Shown here piece by piece: positions 52,736 through 62,886 of a stretch of 64,000 nt of DNA. The translations under genes were made by a program, and so were the position numbers. The stretch is from assembly GCA_040905905.1 (NCBI GenBank), contig JBBDQN010000057.1:165-64164 (forward strand), read 5' to 3'. The DNA is from Acidimicrobiia bacterium (GTDB lineage: Bacteria; Actinomycetota; Acidimicrobiia; Spongiisociales; ZC4RG35). The notes under the pieces are model-generated. The model saw only the letters and a program-made list of their open reading frames with translations, did not search any database and was not told the origin of the DNA. The stretch's first letter is position 1; each line of letters opens with the position of its first letter.

Positions 52736-54995
52736 ATTCGTCGGGCGTAGTCCGATAATGCGCACGGCGTGGTGGGGGATCACGTTGGTCACGATCTCGG
52801 TGGCGGTCATTGGCTTCGGGAATGTCTTGGACGGCCCAACTGAAACTCTGATCCAGGGGCCTTTTGCGGTTGATCCCAATCTGGGAGACCGGCTGGAAGC
52901 AGTGCTGTCGGCCTCCTTCATCTCCTGGAGCCAGCTCGCGATCCATATCGTCGGTTTCGGGCTCTTTGTCGCGCTCGGAATGCTCATTGCGGCCCGATCG
53001 TCGGAGCGAATGCCGCTCCTGGCGTCCGCCATGCTCATCACCCTGGCCACGAGCCTGTTCGTGCCCTTTTCAAAGATCTCTGGACCCTGGGCGGCGATAG
53101 CGCGGGTGATAGGCGAGGTCACACCCGACCAAATGGCAGGTTTCTGGATCTCGCTATCGGGGATATTGCTGCTGGCGTTCTTGTTGTTGGTCCCGTCGGG
53201 GCGACCAAAGCGGGCGGCCTTGGTGGTCCTCGCATCGTTACTGCTCTTGGGGATAGCCGCGGCGGTTTTCCCGGGATGGGCGTTTGACCCGCACACCCTG
53301 CCATCGCCCTGGCGTCAGCTGTGGACCATCGCCGTTCCGGTCGGGGCAATGGCGACAACATGGATCAGGCTGACCAGGCTCGATGACGCAGTACGTCGGC
53401 AATGGCAGCCCGTACTGGTAGCACTCTCCGTGATCGTCGGCACTTACCTGGTGCTGGTGTTGCTGCGGCCCGAGTTGCAAACCGACGCCTTCGGGCTGGT
53501 CCTGGTCACGCCTCGACTGCAGGCGCTGTACGGACTCAACACCTTGCTTCTGCTCACGGGTGCCGTGTTTGCGCTCCCGTTCTCGATAGTTCTGGCCGTG
53601 GTTCGATATCGATTGTTCGAGATCGACCTCCTGGTCAACCGGGCGCTGGTCTACGGCTCACTGACGGCGATTGTCACAGTGATGTTCGGAGCGGTCACTC
53701 TGGTGACCGTCGTCGTGATCGGAGGATTGCTGGGTCAGGGTATGACCGGTCTGCCGATTGGACAGACGGCCGCTCTCGCCGGAGTTCTGACTGGATCCGT
53801 CCTGGCCGGAAGCTTGCGACCGCTCCGCAAGCGCGTGCAACGAGCCGTCGATCGACGGTTCTATCGCGAGAAGTTCAACGCGGAAGAGGCTCTCGAGAGG
53901 CTTGTGGCCCGATTGGGCGATGTGGTCGATCGGGAGCTGCTCAACGCCGAAGTCGACTCTCTGTTTGCGGCCACCCTGCAGCCCACATGGGCCACCCTCG
54001 TCCGTGCCGATCAGCTCCCCCCCGGCTTGGATCCTGCCGGCACCGAGCCCCAGATTTCCTCGCAACCGGGCATCGCAGTGGTTGTTCCCTTGCTGGTAAG
54101 TGGTGATCCAATTGGGGCCCTGCTGATGGGTCATCGCAAATCGGGCGTTCCCTATCGGGGGATTGAGCTTGCCTTTCTCCGCAGGGTTGCTGATCGGCTC
54201 GGCCCAGCCCTCCGGATCGTCGAACTGGTTGAGCGTCAGGAGGCCGATCGCACGCGTCGGGAAAGCGTAGAGCAGGAACTGTCCGTTGCCAGACGTATCC
54301 AGCGCGAGTTGCTGCCCCGTGAGGTTCCTCAGCCCCAAGGGTGGGCATTTACCGTCCACTACGAACCCGCCCGTGAGGTAGGAGGTGACTTCTATGACTT
54401 CTACAAGCTTGGGCCGAGAAGGATGGGAATCGCCGTCGGCGATGTGACTGACAAGGGAATGCCGGCAGCGCTGGTCATGGCGTCTTGTCGCACGGTCTTA
54501 CGCGGAACTGCTCTTGGTGCTCTCGCTCTGACTCCGGGCGGGGTGCTGGCTCAGGCCAACGGCCTTCTGGTGGGCGACATTCCGAGGGGAATGTTCATCA
54601 CTTGCCTCTTCGGAGTTCTCGAACTCGATACCGGCCGGTTCTGGTTTGCCAACGCCGGTCACAATCCTCCCCAACACCGCCATCGGGACGGATCGTCCGA
54701 GGTACGGGCGCGGGGGATGCCACTCGGGCTTTTGGCGGGAATGGATTACGAAGAGATGGAAGTGGTGCTGGAACCGGGCGATGGCCTCATCCTCTCCTCC
54801 GATGGTATTACGGAGTGCCGTAATCCGACCGGAGAGATGTTCGGATTTGATCGGTTGAGCGAGACGATTTCGTCGGCGACCCGGAGCGCGATAGAGACGT
54901 TGTTGGCCGCTCAGTCCGAGTTCGTTGGGAAGGACTGGGTGCAGGAGGACGACATCACGCTGGTCGAGATCACTCGAGATCCTTCCGCAGGTTGA
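52725..54995 (+). CDS. Membrane-embedded sensor with GAF and a PP2C-type Ser/Thr phosphatase (SpoIIE/RsbU-like) domain.
   Basis: About 10 N-terminal TM helices. A GAF-like middle region. PP2C motifs GGDFYDF, GDVTDKGMPAALVMA and ILSSDGITE. Alternative ATG at 52758. Confidence 0.8.
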   Translation: MAVEFVGRSPIMRTAWWGITLVTISVAVIGFGNVLDGPTETLIQGPFAVDPNLGDRLEAVLSASFISWSQLAIHIVGFGLFVALGMLIAARSSERMPLLASAMLITLATSLFVPFSKISGPWAAIARVIGEVTPDQMAGFWISLSGILLLAFLLLVPSGRPKRAALVVLASLLLLGIAAAVFPGWAFDPHTLPSPWRQLWTIAVPVGAMATTWIRLTRLDDAVRRQWQPVLVALSVIVGTYLVLVLLRPELQTDAFGLVLVTPRLQALYGLNTLLLLTGAVFALPFSIVLAVVRYRLFEIDLLVNRALVYGSLTAIVTVMFGAVTLVTVVVIGGLLGQGMTGLPIGQTAALAGVLTGSVLAGSLRPLRKRVQRAVDRRFYREKFNAEEALERLVARLGDVVDRELLNAEVDSLFAATLQPTWATLVRADQLPPGLDPAGTEPQISSQPGIAVVVPLLVSGDPIGALLMGHRKSGVPYRGIELAFLRRVADRLGPALRIVELVERQEADRTRRESVEQELSVARRIQRELLPREVPQPQGWAFTVHYEPAREVGGDFYDFYKLGPRRMGIAVGDVTDKGMPAALVMASCRTVLRGTALGALALTPGGVLAQANGLLVGDIPRGMFITCLFGVLELDTGRFWFANAGHNPPQHRHRDGSSEVRARGMPLGLLAGMDYEEMEVVLEPGDGLILSSDGITECRNPTGEMFGFDRLSETISSATRSAIETLLAAQSEFVGKDWVQEDDITLVEITRDPSAG

Positions 54996-56391
54996 AGACG
55001 ACGGTTTGTAGGTCGGTGAACTCCTCGATCCGCTGCCGTCCCCAGCCGGTCTCGGTACCCGCCGCTCCTCCAAATGGTTGAAACGTCTCCCAGAAGTCGG
55101 TGGAGTCGTTGACGATGACGGTCCCCGCCCGGATCCGATCCGCGTACCAGAACGCCTTGCTGACATCGTTGGTGAAGACGGCTGCCTGGAGGCCAAGATG
55201 AGTGCGGTTGGCGATTCCCACCGCGTCCTCGTCGCTGGAGGCGGTGAGGATCGGTACCACCGGTCCGAACGACTCTTCTCGCGAGACCAAAGACTCTTCC
55301 GGCACGCCGTCGATCACCGTGAACTCGTAGAAGAGGTCGGTGGCGTAGCCGGAGGCGCGGCCCCCTCCCATCAGGACCTCGGCTCCCCGGGCGCGGGCAT
55401 CTTCCACATGGCGATCCATCTTGGCCGCCACCGGTTCGTTGTTGAGCGGACCCATGTTGGTGGAGTCGTCAAAGGGATCACCCAGGCGCACATCTTCAGC
55501 GGCCTTGAGGGTTGCCTCCACGAATTGGTCGTGGAGTTCCTCTACGACGATGACGCGTTCGGTGGCGGTGCAGACCTGACCGGCGTTGTAGTAAGCCCCA
55601 TAGACCGCGGCGGTGGCCGCAGCCTCGACATCAGCGTCGCCCGCCACAATCAACGGACCGTTGCCCGACATCTCCATGATCGATCTCTTCAGACCCATCA
55701 TCGAAACGATGCGCTTGCCGGTCTCGGACGACCCAGTGAAGCTGATGCCGTCGACGTCGGGGTGGGTCACCAGCCATTCACCGATGTCGCCTGCCCCCGG
55801 GATCACCGACAGAGCGCCGCGGGGAAATCCGGCCTCCTCGATGGCTTTGGCCGCCTCCAGCATCGCCCAGCAAGTGTTGAGGGGCGGTTTGACTATCACC
55901 GCGTTCCCGGTGGCCAGCCCTGGCCCCACAGTCTCCATCGGGATCATCACCGGAAAGTTCCACGGTGTGATGGCCACCCAGACGCCGACGGGGCGGCGAA
56001 CAGTGAACATCCTGCGGTTGCGTTCCGTCGTGGGGATGAGGTCGCCTTTCATTCTCTTGACGTCCTCGGCGGCGATGTGGAGGTAGTCACCGGATTCGGC
56101 GATGTCATCGATGGCCTCGGCCTTGAACGGCTTCCCTTGTTCCAGGGTGAGGATGCGGGCGATGTCCTCGATGCGATCCTGCCAGATCGCGTAGGCCCGC
56201 AGGCAGAGTTCGGCTCGTTCGAATGCCGACCAATGACGCATCTCTTCGGAGGCCCGGCGACCGGCCGCCACCGCCCCGTCGATATCGGCCTTGCTGGCTA
56301 ACGGCACGTTGGCAATGTGGCTGCCGGTGGCGGGTGAACGTAACTCGTAGTGCTCCGAACCGCTGCCTTCGGTCCATTCCCCGGCGATCAA
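54970..56391 (-). CDS. Aldehyde dehydrogenase family protein.
   Basis: FTGSSETGKRI, EMSGNGP and GQVCTATERV (catalytic Cys). TTG start at 56391 per the track; the true start may differ. Confidence 0.85.
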   Translation of the reverse strand: MIAGEWTEGSGSEHYELRSPATGSHIANVPLASKADIDGAVAAGRRASEEMRHWSAFERAELCLRAYAIWQDRIEDIARILTLEQGKPFKAEAIDDIAESGDYLHIAAEDVKRMKGDLIPTTERNRRMFTVRRPVGVWVAITPWNFPVMIPMETVGPGLATGNAVIVKPPLNTCWAMLEAAKAIEEAGFPRGALSVIPGAGDIGEWLVTHPDVDGISFTGSSETGKRIVSMMGLKRSIMEMSGNGPLIVAGDADVEAAATAAVYGAYYNAGQVCTATERVIVVEELHDQFVEATLKAAEDVRLGDPFDDSTNMGPLNNEPVAAKMDRHVEDARARGAEVLMGGGRASGYATDLFYEFTVIDGVPEESLVSREESFGPVVPILTASSDEDAVGIANRTHLGLQAAVFTNDVSKAFWYADRIRAGTVIVNDSTDFWETFQPFGGAAGTETGWGRQRIEEFTDLQTVVFNLRKDLE

Positions 56392-56739
56392 GAGTTTGAG
56401 ATCAACTGTTATGACTGCCTCCTGTCGCCAGCGACGCTAGTGGCCCGAGGTGGCTCCGTCAGCTAGCCTCGGCCACGGGTGAGAGCTTGCTCGAACTGAT
56501 CATCGTTGAAACAGCACCGGGCGTTTTGCCCGTGTTCGGCTGGAGGTGATGGATGGACCGCAGTTCCGTCCCCTCCCGCCGGTGAGGCGCTGACTCCGCC
56601 TTCCGTCGGGTCTGATCCGGGGTTTGCCGCCCCGGCGTCATAGCGGGATGGGAGAAGCGGCAGAAGTGCCGCCCAACCCTCACACGACGAAATTCATGGC
56701 ATCGACCGATGCCGGCAGACACCCGGAGGAATTCCCCTC

Positions 56740-58089
56740 ATGAGTATGCAAGGCGCCCATACAGCCGAGTGGTTCAACCGCGCACGAGCGGTTTTGGTCA
56801 ACGGCGTTTCCAGCGGTTTCCGCTATCTGGGAGACGACGACACCCTCGTGATCTCTCGCGGCGAAGGCGGCCACGTCTTCGACATGGATGGCAAGCGTTA
56901 CATCGACTACCAGTGTGCGTGGGGGCCGATAATCCTCGGGCACGCCGATCCCTACGTCACTGAGGCCGTAGTACAGGCCGCCCGCGACGGAACCACTTTC
57001 GCCATGACCCAGCGGCGCGAGGTGGAAGCGGCCGAGGCGTTGCTGGGCGCCGTCAAGTGGGCCGACAAGATTCGTTTCACCAACACCGGGACGGAAGCGA
57101 CCATGCATGCGCTCCGGCTTGCCCGGGGATGGGCTGGCCGCGACCTGGTGCTGAAGTTCGAGGGTCACTACCACGGCACCCATGACTACTTGTTGTTCAC
57201 TACCGCCGGCGCACCGCCCGCCCACCTCGGGTCGAGGCTCCGACCCATTCCCTACCAGGCGTCGTCGGGCATACCCGACGCTATCCGCACCTACGTCAGG
57301 ACCCTGCCGTTCAATGACATTGAGGCTGTCAACGACTTCTTCGACGATCATGGTCACGAAATCGCGGCGGTGATCGTCGAACCTATGGCCGGCAACGCTT
57401 TTGGAATCCTGCCGGAGCCGGGGTTTCTGGAGGCCCTGCGGGCCCGGTGTAGCGAGCACTATGCAGTCCTGATCTTCGACGAGGTAAAAACCGGCTTCAG
57501 GCTCTCATTGGGCGGGGCGGTCGAGACCTTTGGAGTGGTGCCCGACATCGCGACCTATGCCAAGGCGCTCGGCAACGGTTTCCCGGTTGCCGCTATCGCC
57601 CTCAGTTCTGACCTCGTCGAAGGCTGGAAACTCGGAGGCATCGCCCAGGCCGGCACCTATTCGGGCAACGGCGTCGCCACCGCGGCGGCGATCGCCACGC
57701 TCGACCGGCTTCAGAACACGGACGCATATGACCGGATCTACAAAGTCGGGCGGGCTCTCATGGAGGGCCTGGAACGAGTCCTCGCCGAGTTTGGGGTCGA
57801 AGGCAAGGTCCTCGGGCACCCTGGGATGTTCTCGGTCTATCTTGGTGAGGGCCGACCCACCGAATACCGCGACATCGCCAATCACAACGCCCGCCTCTAC
57901 ACGGCCGTGGTCGAAGGCATGATCGAACGAGGGGTCATGCCCTGCGTCGATGCCCGCGAACCATGGTTCACATGTGCAGCTCACACCATGGAAGACGTCG
58001 ACCAGACCCTCGTCGCATTCGCGATGTCGTTAAAAGAGTCGTTGGCCCGAGCCGGGTCTCTGCCGTCACATCTTGACGAGGCTGAGTGA
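56740..58089 (+). CDS. Class-III PLP aminotransferase (glutamate-1-semialdehyde aminomutase-like subfamily).
   Basis: LVNGVSSGFRY, FEGHYHGT, IFDEVKTGFRL and TYAKALGNGFPVAA (Lys). Confidence 0.85.
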   Translation: MSMQGAHTAEWFNRARAVLVNGVSSGFRYLGDDDTLVISRGEGGHVFDMDGKRYIDYQCAWGPIILGHADPYVTEAVVQAARDGTTFAMTQRREVEAAEALLGAVKWADKIRFTNTGTEATMHALRLARGWAGRDLVLKFEGHYHGTHDYLLFTTAGAPPAHLGSRLRPIPYQASSGIPDAIRTYVRTLPFNDIEAVNDFFDDHGHEIAAVIVEPMAGNAFGILPEPGFLEALRARCSEHYAVLIFDEVKTGFRLSLGGAVETFGVVPDIATYAKALGNGFPVAAIALSSDLVEGWKLGGIAQAGTYSGNGVATAAAIATLDRLQNTDAYDRIYKVGRALMEGLERVLAEFGVEGKVLGHPGMFSVYLGEGRPTEYRDIANHNARLYTAVVEGMIERGVMPCVDAREPWFTCAAHTMEDVDQTLVAFAMSLKESLARAGSLPSHLDEAE

Positions 58090-59465
58090 CCTCGTATAGG
58101 TCGTTGAGCTTTTGGCACGACACCGCCGGTGAGGACCTGGTGCCGCGGCCAGCTCTTGATGGTCTCGTTGAGGCTGACCTCGCCATCGTAGGAGCCGGGT
58201 ACACGGGCCTCTGGACCGCCTATTACTTGAAGAAGGTTCGGCCCGACCTGCGAGTCGTAGTCGTCGAAGCCGAGGTAGCCGGGTTTGGGGCTTCGGGTCG
58301 CAATGGCGGGTGGGCCACCGGGGAAATCGCCGGCAACCGAGCGGCGATGGCCCGCCTCCATGGCCGCGAACCGGTCCAGCGGTTGGTGCGGACAATGTTT
58401 GAGACAGTCGACGAGATCGCCCGGGTGTTGGGAGAGGAGGGGATCGAGTGCCATTTCGAAAAGGGTGGGATCCTCTGCTTCGCAACGAATTCCGCCCATG
58501 TCGTGCGCCTTCAACACGAGCTTGACCACCAGCGATCATGGGGACTGGGAGAGGACGACTATCGCTGGCTGACGGCCGATGAGCTGGACGACCGAGCCCG
58601 GGTGGCCGGGTCGCTGGGTGCCGTCTACACCCCCCATGCCGCAGCAATCCATCCCGGTCGGTTGGTGCGCGGTCTGGCCGCGGCGGTCGAGCGCTCCGGA
58701 GTGACGATCTATGAAAGGAGCCGGGCGGGGATTGTGGAGCCGGGCATCGTTGTCACCGATCACGGCAGCGTGCGTGCCAAGACGGTGTTGCGTTGCACCG
58801 AGGCCTTTACTCGCGACCTCCCCGGTCAGCGCCGCAACTACCTCCCCGTCTACTCGTTGATGGTGGCCACCGAGCCGCTCGGCGGGGCCTTCTGGACCGA
58901 TGTGGGCTTCGGTCGACGCGAGGTTTTCAACGACGCCCGTCACCTGGTCATCTACGGCCAACGCACTTTTGACGGACGGCTCGCGTTTGGGGGGCGGGGT
59001 GGCCGTTATCACTTCGGGTCGATGGTCGATCCTTCGCTCGATCGTCAGCCCCGGGTCCACGAGGCAGTCGCCCGCATCCTTCGCACGCTCTTTCCGGCGG
59101 CTGCCGATGCGCGGATCACCCACACCTGGGGCGGGGCGGTGGCGATTCCCCGCGACTGGCGCCCGGCCGTGGTCTTCGATCGGACTTCGGGCTTTGGCTG
59201 GGCGGGTGGTTACGTCGGAGAAGGAGTGGCGGCGTCCAACCTGGCCGGTCGAACTTTGGCCGACCTGGTACTGGAACGCGACACCGATCTCACCAGGCTT
59301 CCCTGGGTGCAGCACCGGGTTCGCCGCTGGGAGCCCGAACCGCTGCGGTTCCTGGGTGTTAACGCCGCGATCCGGCTCGCACCCATCGCCGACCGGATGG
59401 AGGCACGCACGGGTCGACCCTCTCGAGTCATGGGAGGCCTGCTCGACACCCTGACGGGCAGATAA
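58086..59465 (+). CDS. FAD-dependent oxidoreductase (DAO family, gamma-glutamylputrescine-oxidase-like).
   Basis: DLAIVGAGYTGLWTAYYL is an FAD dinucleotide motif. 459 aa. ATGA-type coupling to the aminotransferase gene. Confidence 0.8.
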   Translation: MTSYRSLSFWHDTAGEDLVPRPALDGLVEADLAIVGAGYTGLWTAYYLKKVRPDLRVVVVEAEVAGFGASGRNGGWATGEIAGNRAAMARLHGREPVQRLVRTMFETVDEIARVLGEEGIECHFEKGGILCFATNSAHVVRLQHELDHQRSWGLGEDDYRWLTADELDDRARVAGSLGAVYTPHAAAIHPGRLVRGLAAAVERSGVTIYERSRAGIVEPGIVVTDHGSVRAKTVLRCTEAFTRDLPGQRRNYLPVYSLMVATEPLGGAFWTDVGFGRREVFNDARHLVIYGQRTFDGRLAFGGRGGRYHFGSMVDPSLDRQPRVHEAVARILRTLFPAAADARITHTWGGAVAIPRDWRPAVVFDRTSGFGWAGGYVGEGVAASNLAGRTLADLVLERDTDLTRLPWVQHRVRRWEPEPLRFLGVNAAIRLAPIADRMEARTGRPSRVMGGLLDTLTGR

Positions 59466-59498
59466 CCCGACCAACCCGATATAGGTGATAGAAACCAG

Positions 59499-60770
59499 GT
59501 GATGACACCGCTCCCTTGGTCGTTGCTGCCGGATTCCGCCGAGGAGGGTCCCGTCGGGGAGCTGGAGATCGGAGGTTGTTCCACGCTCGAGCTGGCGGAG
59601 CAGTTCGGCACCCCTCTCTTTGTCTATGACGAAGCCCATCTCCGCACTCGCGCCCGACAGGCTCGGGAGCTCTTTGGGGACGGTGCCGTTTACGCAGCGA
59701 AGGCTTTCCTCTGCAAGGCCATGGCCGGGCTGGCGCACGATGAAGGTCTCCGGATCGACGTCGCCACCGGGGGTGAGATGTTCGTGGCCCTGGCGACCGG
59801 GGTCCCTGGTGACCGACTCGTGATGCACGGCAACAACAAAAGTGTCGAGGAGCTGGCCGAGGCCGCTCAGGCCGGAGTGGGCCGGCTGGTGGTCGACAAC
59901 TTTGACGAGTTGGACCGGGTCGAGGAACTCCATGAGCAAACCGGCCACATATTCGATGTTCTCTTGCGGGTGACGCCGGGGGTGGAGGCTCACACTCATC
60001 ACTACATCGCCACAGGTCAGGACGACACCAAGTTCGGATTCACCCTCTCAACCGGCGCCGCTACAGCGGCGGTGAGACGGGCACGATCGATAAGAGGGAT
60101 CCGGCTGCGGGGAATTCACCTTCACATCGGTTCACAGGTGTTCCTGGTCGATTCCTTCGCAGCGGCGCTGGGGGTGGTGGCGTCGTTCGTCAAAATCCAC
60201 GACCTGGAGGAGTTATCGATGGGGGGCGGGCTGGGTGTGGCCTATGTCGAGGGTGAGACGGCGCCGTCGATGGTCGACTGGGCGCGGATGCTGACCACCG
60301 CAGCGGCCGACGCCGGGATCAGTGCTGCCTTGTCGGTGGAGCCCGGCAGGGCGATCGTTGCCCAGGCTGCCATCACCATTTACACCGTCGGAACGATCAA
60401 GGAGATCCCGGGCGTGCGGACCTATGTTGCGGTCGACGGGGGGATGAGTGACAACCCGCGACCGGTCCTCTACGGGAGCGGGTATGAGACTTTCCTGCCA
60501 AGAGCGGTTAGGGCCACCCGGCCGCGGGCTGTACGACTGGTCGGGAAACACTGCGAATCCGGTGATGTCCTCGTGATGAAAGGAATGGTCCCCGACGATC
60601 TCGGGGTGGGCGACCTCATCGCCACGCCCGTCACCGGGGCTTACGGCCACTCGATGGGATCCAACTACAACAAAGTGGGTCGGCCCGCGGTCGTTTTCGC
60701 GAAGGACGGCGTTCCCCGCCTGGTCGTGCGTCGCGAGACGTATGAAGACTTGGTGCGGAACGACCTGTGA
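59499..60770 (+). CDS. Orn/DAP/Arg decarboxylase family-2 PLP enzyme (diaminopimelate-decarboxylase-like).
   Basis: YAAKAF (PLP Lys), HIGSQ, EPGRAIVA and GKHCESGD are hallmark LysA-type motifs. Confidence 0.85.
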   Translation: MMTPLPWSLLPDSAEEGPVGELEIGGCSTLELAEQFGTPLFVYDEAHLRTRARQARELFGDGAVYAAKAFLCKAMAGLAHDEGLRIDVATGGEMFVALATGVPGDRLVMHGNNKSVEELAEAAQAGVGRLVVDNFDELDRVEELHEQTGHIFDVLLRVTPGVEAHTHHYIATGQDDTKFGFTLSTGAATAAVRRARSIRGIRLRGIHLHIGSQVFLVDSFAAALGVVASFVKIHDLEELSMGGGLGVAYVEGETAPSMVDWARMLTTAAADAGISAALSVEPGRAIVAQAAITIYTVGTIKEIPGVRTYVAVDGGMSDNPRPVLYGSGYETFLPRAVRATRPRAVRLVGKHCESGDVLVMKGMVPDDLGVGDLIATPVTGAYGHSMGSNYNKVGRPAVVFAKDGVPRLVVRRETYEDLVRNDL

Positions 60771-61204
60771 TCGTCCGTCGAGCCACTCTCGACGATCTCG
60801 ACATCTTGCTCACGCTGGCAGCGGAGTTCAACGATATCGATCGTCACGATCACGACCCGGTGCGGGTTCGGGCGGCGATGCAACCTCTGTTGGTTTCGGA
60901 TGACCTTGGTGTCGTCTATCTATTCGGCGATGGCCTCGGGTATGCATTGGTAACCTGGGGCTATTCGATCGAATCCGGCGGTCGCGATGCCTTGCTGGAC
61001 GAGATCTACACGAGGGAGCGAGGGAAGGGACGAGGAGGCGAACTGCTCGATGCTGTGCTCGAGGACCTGGCCCAACGGGGATTGCCGCGGGTATTCCTCG
61101 AAACCGAGGCCCACAACAAAGCCGTCCGCCGCTTCTACACCCGCCATGGCTTCCGGACCGAAGACTCGATCTGGATGACGCGAGACCTCTGGCCTTTGTC
61201 GTGA
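60767..61204 (+). CDS. GNAT-family N-acetyltransferase.
   Basis: ERGKGRGGELLDAVLE is motif A. 145 aa. Overlap-coupled to both flanking genes. Confidence 0.7.
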   Translation: MIVRRATLDDLDILLTLAAEFNDIDRHDHDPVRVRAAMQPLLVSDDLGVVYLFGDGLGYALVTWGYSIESGGRDALLDEIYTRERGKGRGGELLDAVLEDLAQRGLPRVFLETEAHNKAVRRFYTRHGFRTEDSIWMTRDLWPLS

Positions 61205-62829
61205 TGAAGATCCACGGGGGCCAAATCATGGCCCGGGCCCTCAAAGCCGAAGGTGTGGATGTCGTCTTCACCTTGTCCGGCGGGCACATCGTCGGTTTTC
61301 TCGACGGGTGTGTGCAAGAGGGGATCCGGGTTGTGGATGTGCGCCACGAGCAGGCCGCTGCCCATGCTGCCGAGGCCTATACACGTTTGACCGGTCGATT
61401 GGGAGTAGCGGCGGTCACCGCCGGGCCAGGAGTCACCGACACCATGACGGCAGTGGCCAACGCCTGGTATGCGTGCACGCCGATGCTGCTGATCGGCGGG
61501 CGTCACTTCATTCGTCAAGAGTTGAAGGGCGGGCTCCAGGAGATGAACCACCCCGCCCTGTTCGGGGCGATCACTGCCTGGTCGGCCACCGCCTGGCAGG
61601 TCGACCGGCTCGCTGACTACATCGCCACCGCCGCTCGTCACGCATTCGGAGGTCGGGGAGGTCCGGTTTTTCTCGACGTGCCGATGGATGTGCAGTTCGA
61701 CATGGTCAATGAAGAGGCCGTTGAGTGGCCTACCCACTACCGATCCCGACAATCACAGGGCGCCGACCAGGCCACTCTTGGGGCAATTCAGAAGGCGTTG
61801 GGCGAGGCCGAGCGGCCGGTGATTTTTGCCGGAGCCGGCGCCCGACCGGGAAACGAGAACCGTTTGTTGGACCTAGCCGAGCTCCTGGGTGCTCCCACCT
61901 ATCTCAACTCTCGCGCTCGAGGTTCGCTGCCGTTCGGTCACCCGTTGCTGGGCAACCACTCCCGCTCGCAAGCGATGGCCGAATGCGATCTCCTCCTTGC
62001 CTTGGGAGTCGATTGGGACTTCCGCACCAACTACGGGGACAAGGTGAACCCGGCGGCAACGGTAATCCACATCGACCTCGAGCCAGACCGAATCGGCTGG
62101 AATCGGGCCGCTCATTTTGGGGTCGTGGCCGACCCGCTCGTGGTGGTATCCCAACTCGGCGATTCCGCCGGCCTTGCCGGTCCGATATCTGGCTGGGCGG
62201 AAAAGATCATGGCCTCCGACAGAGAGCGCCAGGTAGCCCTCGCCGCCGAAGCAGCAACGGCTCCAACTTCACCCGTCAATGCCCAACGGTTCGCATCCGA
62301 AGTGGGCGCATTCTTCGGTACCGACGCCATCGTTTCAGTCGATGGAGGCGACATCGTTTCAACCACTGCTCGCTGGCTCCAAGTCTCGAATCCTGGCCAC
62401 GTCCTCGATCCGGGACCGTTCGGGACCCTAGGCACCGGAGTTCCATTTGCCCTTGCGGCCAAGGTGGTCCATCCCGAGAAACTGGTCGGCATCGTGTTCG
62501 GCGACGGCGCCTTTGGTTTCAACGGTTTCGAGTACGACACGCTCGTCAGGCTGGGGCTTGCGGTGGTGGGAGTGATGGGCAACGACGGCGTGTGGGGCAA
62601 CATCAAGACCTTTCACCGCATGTTGTATCCGGATCGGGTGGTGGCGGCCGATCTCGGACGCCGCCCCTATCACGAGGTGGTGCGTGCCCTTGGGGGCTAC
62701 GGGGAGTTGGTGACCGATGCGTCGGAGATTCGCCCTGCACTGGAGCGGGCCAAAGCCTCAGGGCTACCTGCGCTGGTCAATGTCCACATCGAAGAGACGA
62801 TGCGGATGTCAAGCAACTACAGCCAATAG
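61201..62829 (+). CDS. Thiamine-diphosphate-dependent enzyme (acetolactate-synthase / benzoylformate-decarboxylase-like).
   Basis: The N-terminal Pyr domain ([25 protein letters not shown]), the middle domain and the C-terminal PP domain ([14 protein letters not shown]...FGDGAFGFN, a ThDP motif) are all present. Confidence 0.8.
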   Translation: MMKIHGGQIMARALKAEGVDVVFTLSGGHIVGFLDGCVQEGIRVVDVRHEQAAAHAAEAYTRLTGRLGVAAVTAGPGVTDTMTAVANAWYACTPMLLIGGRHFIRQELKGGLQEMNHPALFGAITAWSATAWQVDRLADYIATAARHAFGGRGGPVFLDVPMDVQFDMVNEEAVEWPTHYRSRQSQGADQATLGAIQKALGEAERPVIFAGAGARPGNENRLLDLAELLGAPTYLNSRARGSLPFGHPLLGNHSRSQAMAECDLLLALGVDWDFRTNYGDKVNPAATVIHIDLEPDRIGWNRAAHFGVVADPLVVVSQLGDSAGLAGPISGWAEKIMASDRERQVALAAEAATAPTSPVNAQRFASEVGAFFGTDAIVSVDGGDIVSTTARWLQVSNPGHVLDPGPFGTLGTGVPFALAAKVVHPEKLVGIVFGDGAFGFNGFEYDTLVRLGLAVVGVMGNDGVWGNIKTFHRMLYPDRVVAADLGRRPYHEVVRALGGYGELVTDASEIRPALERAKASGLPALVNVHIEETMRMSSNYSQ

Positions 62830-62886
62830 CCAGTTCGTCGGGACTTTGGGCTAGGTCCCCGGACAGGTATAGGGTGACCAGGTCCT

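Noticed and set aside
56459-56722. An 87-aa minus-strand ORF inside the 348-bp divergent intergenic region.
   Set aside because: Poor codon composition and no RBS. The region is more plausibly a non-coding leader and is treated as such in the findings.
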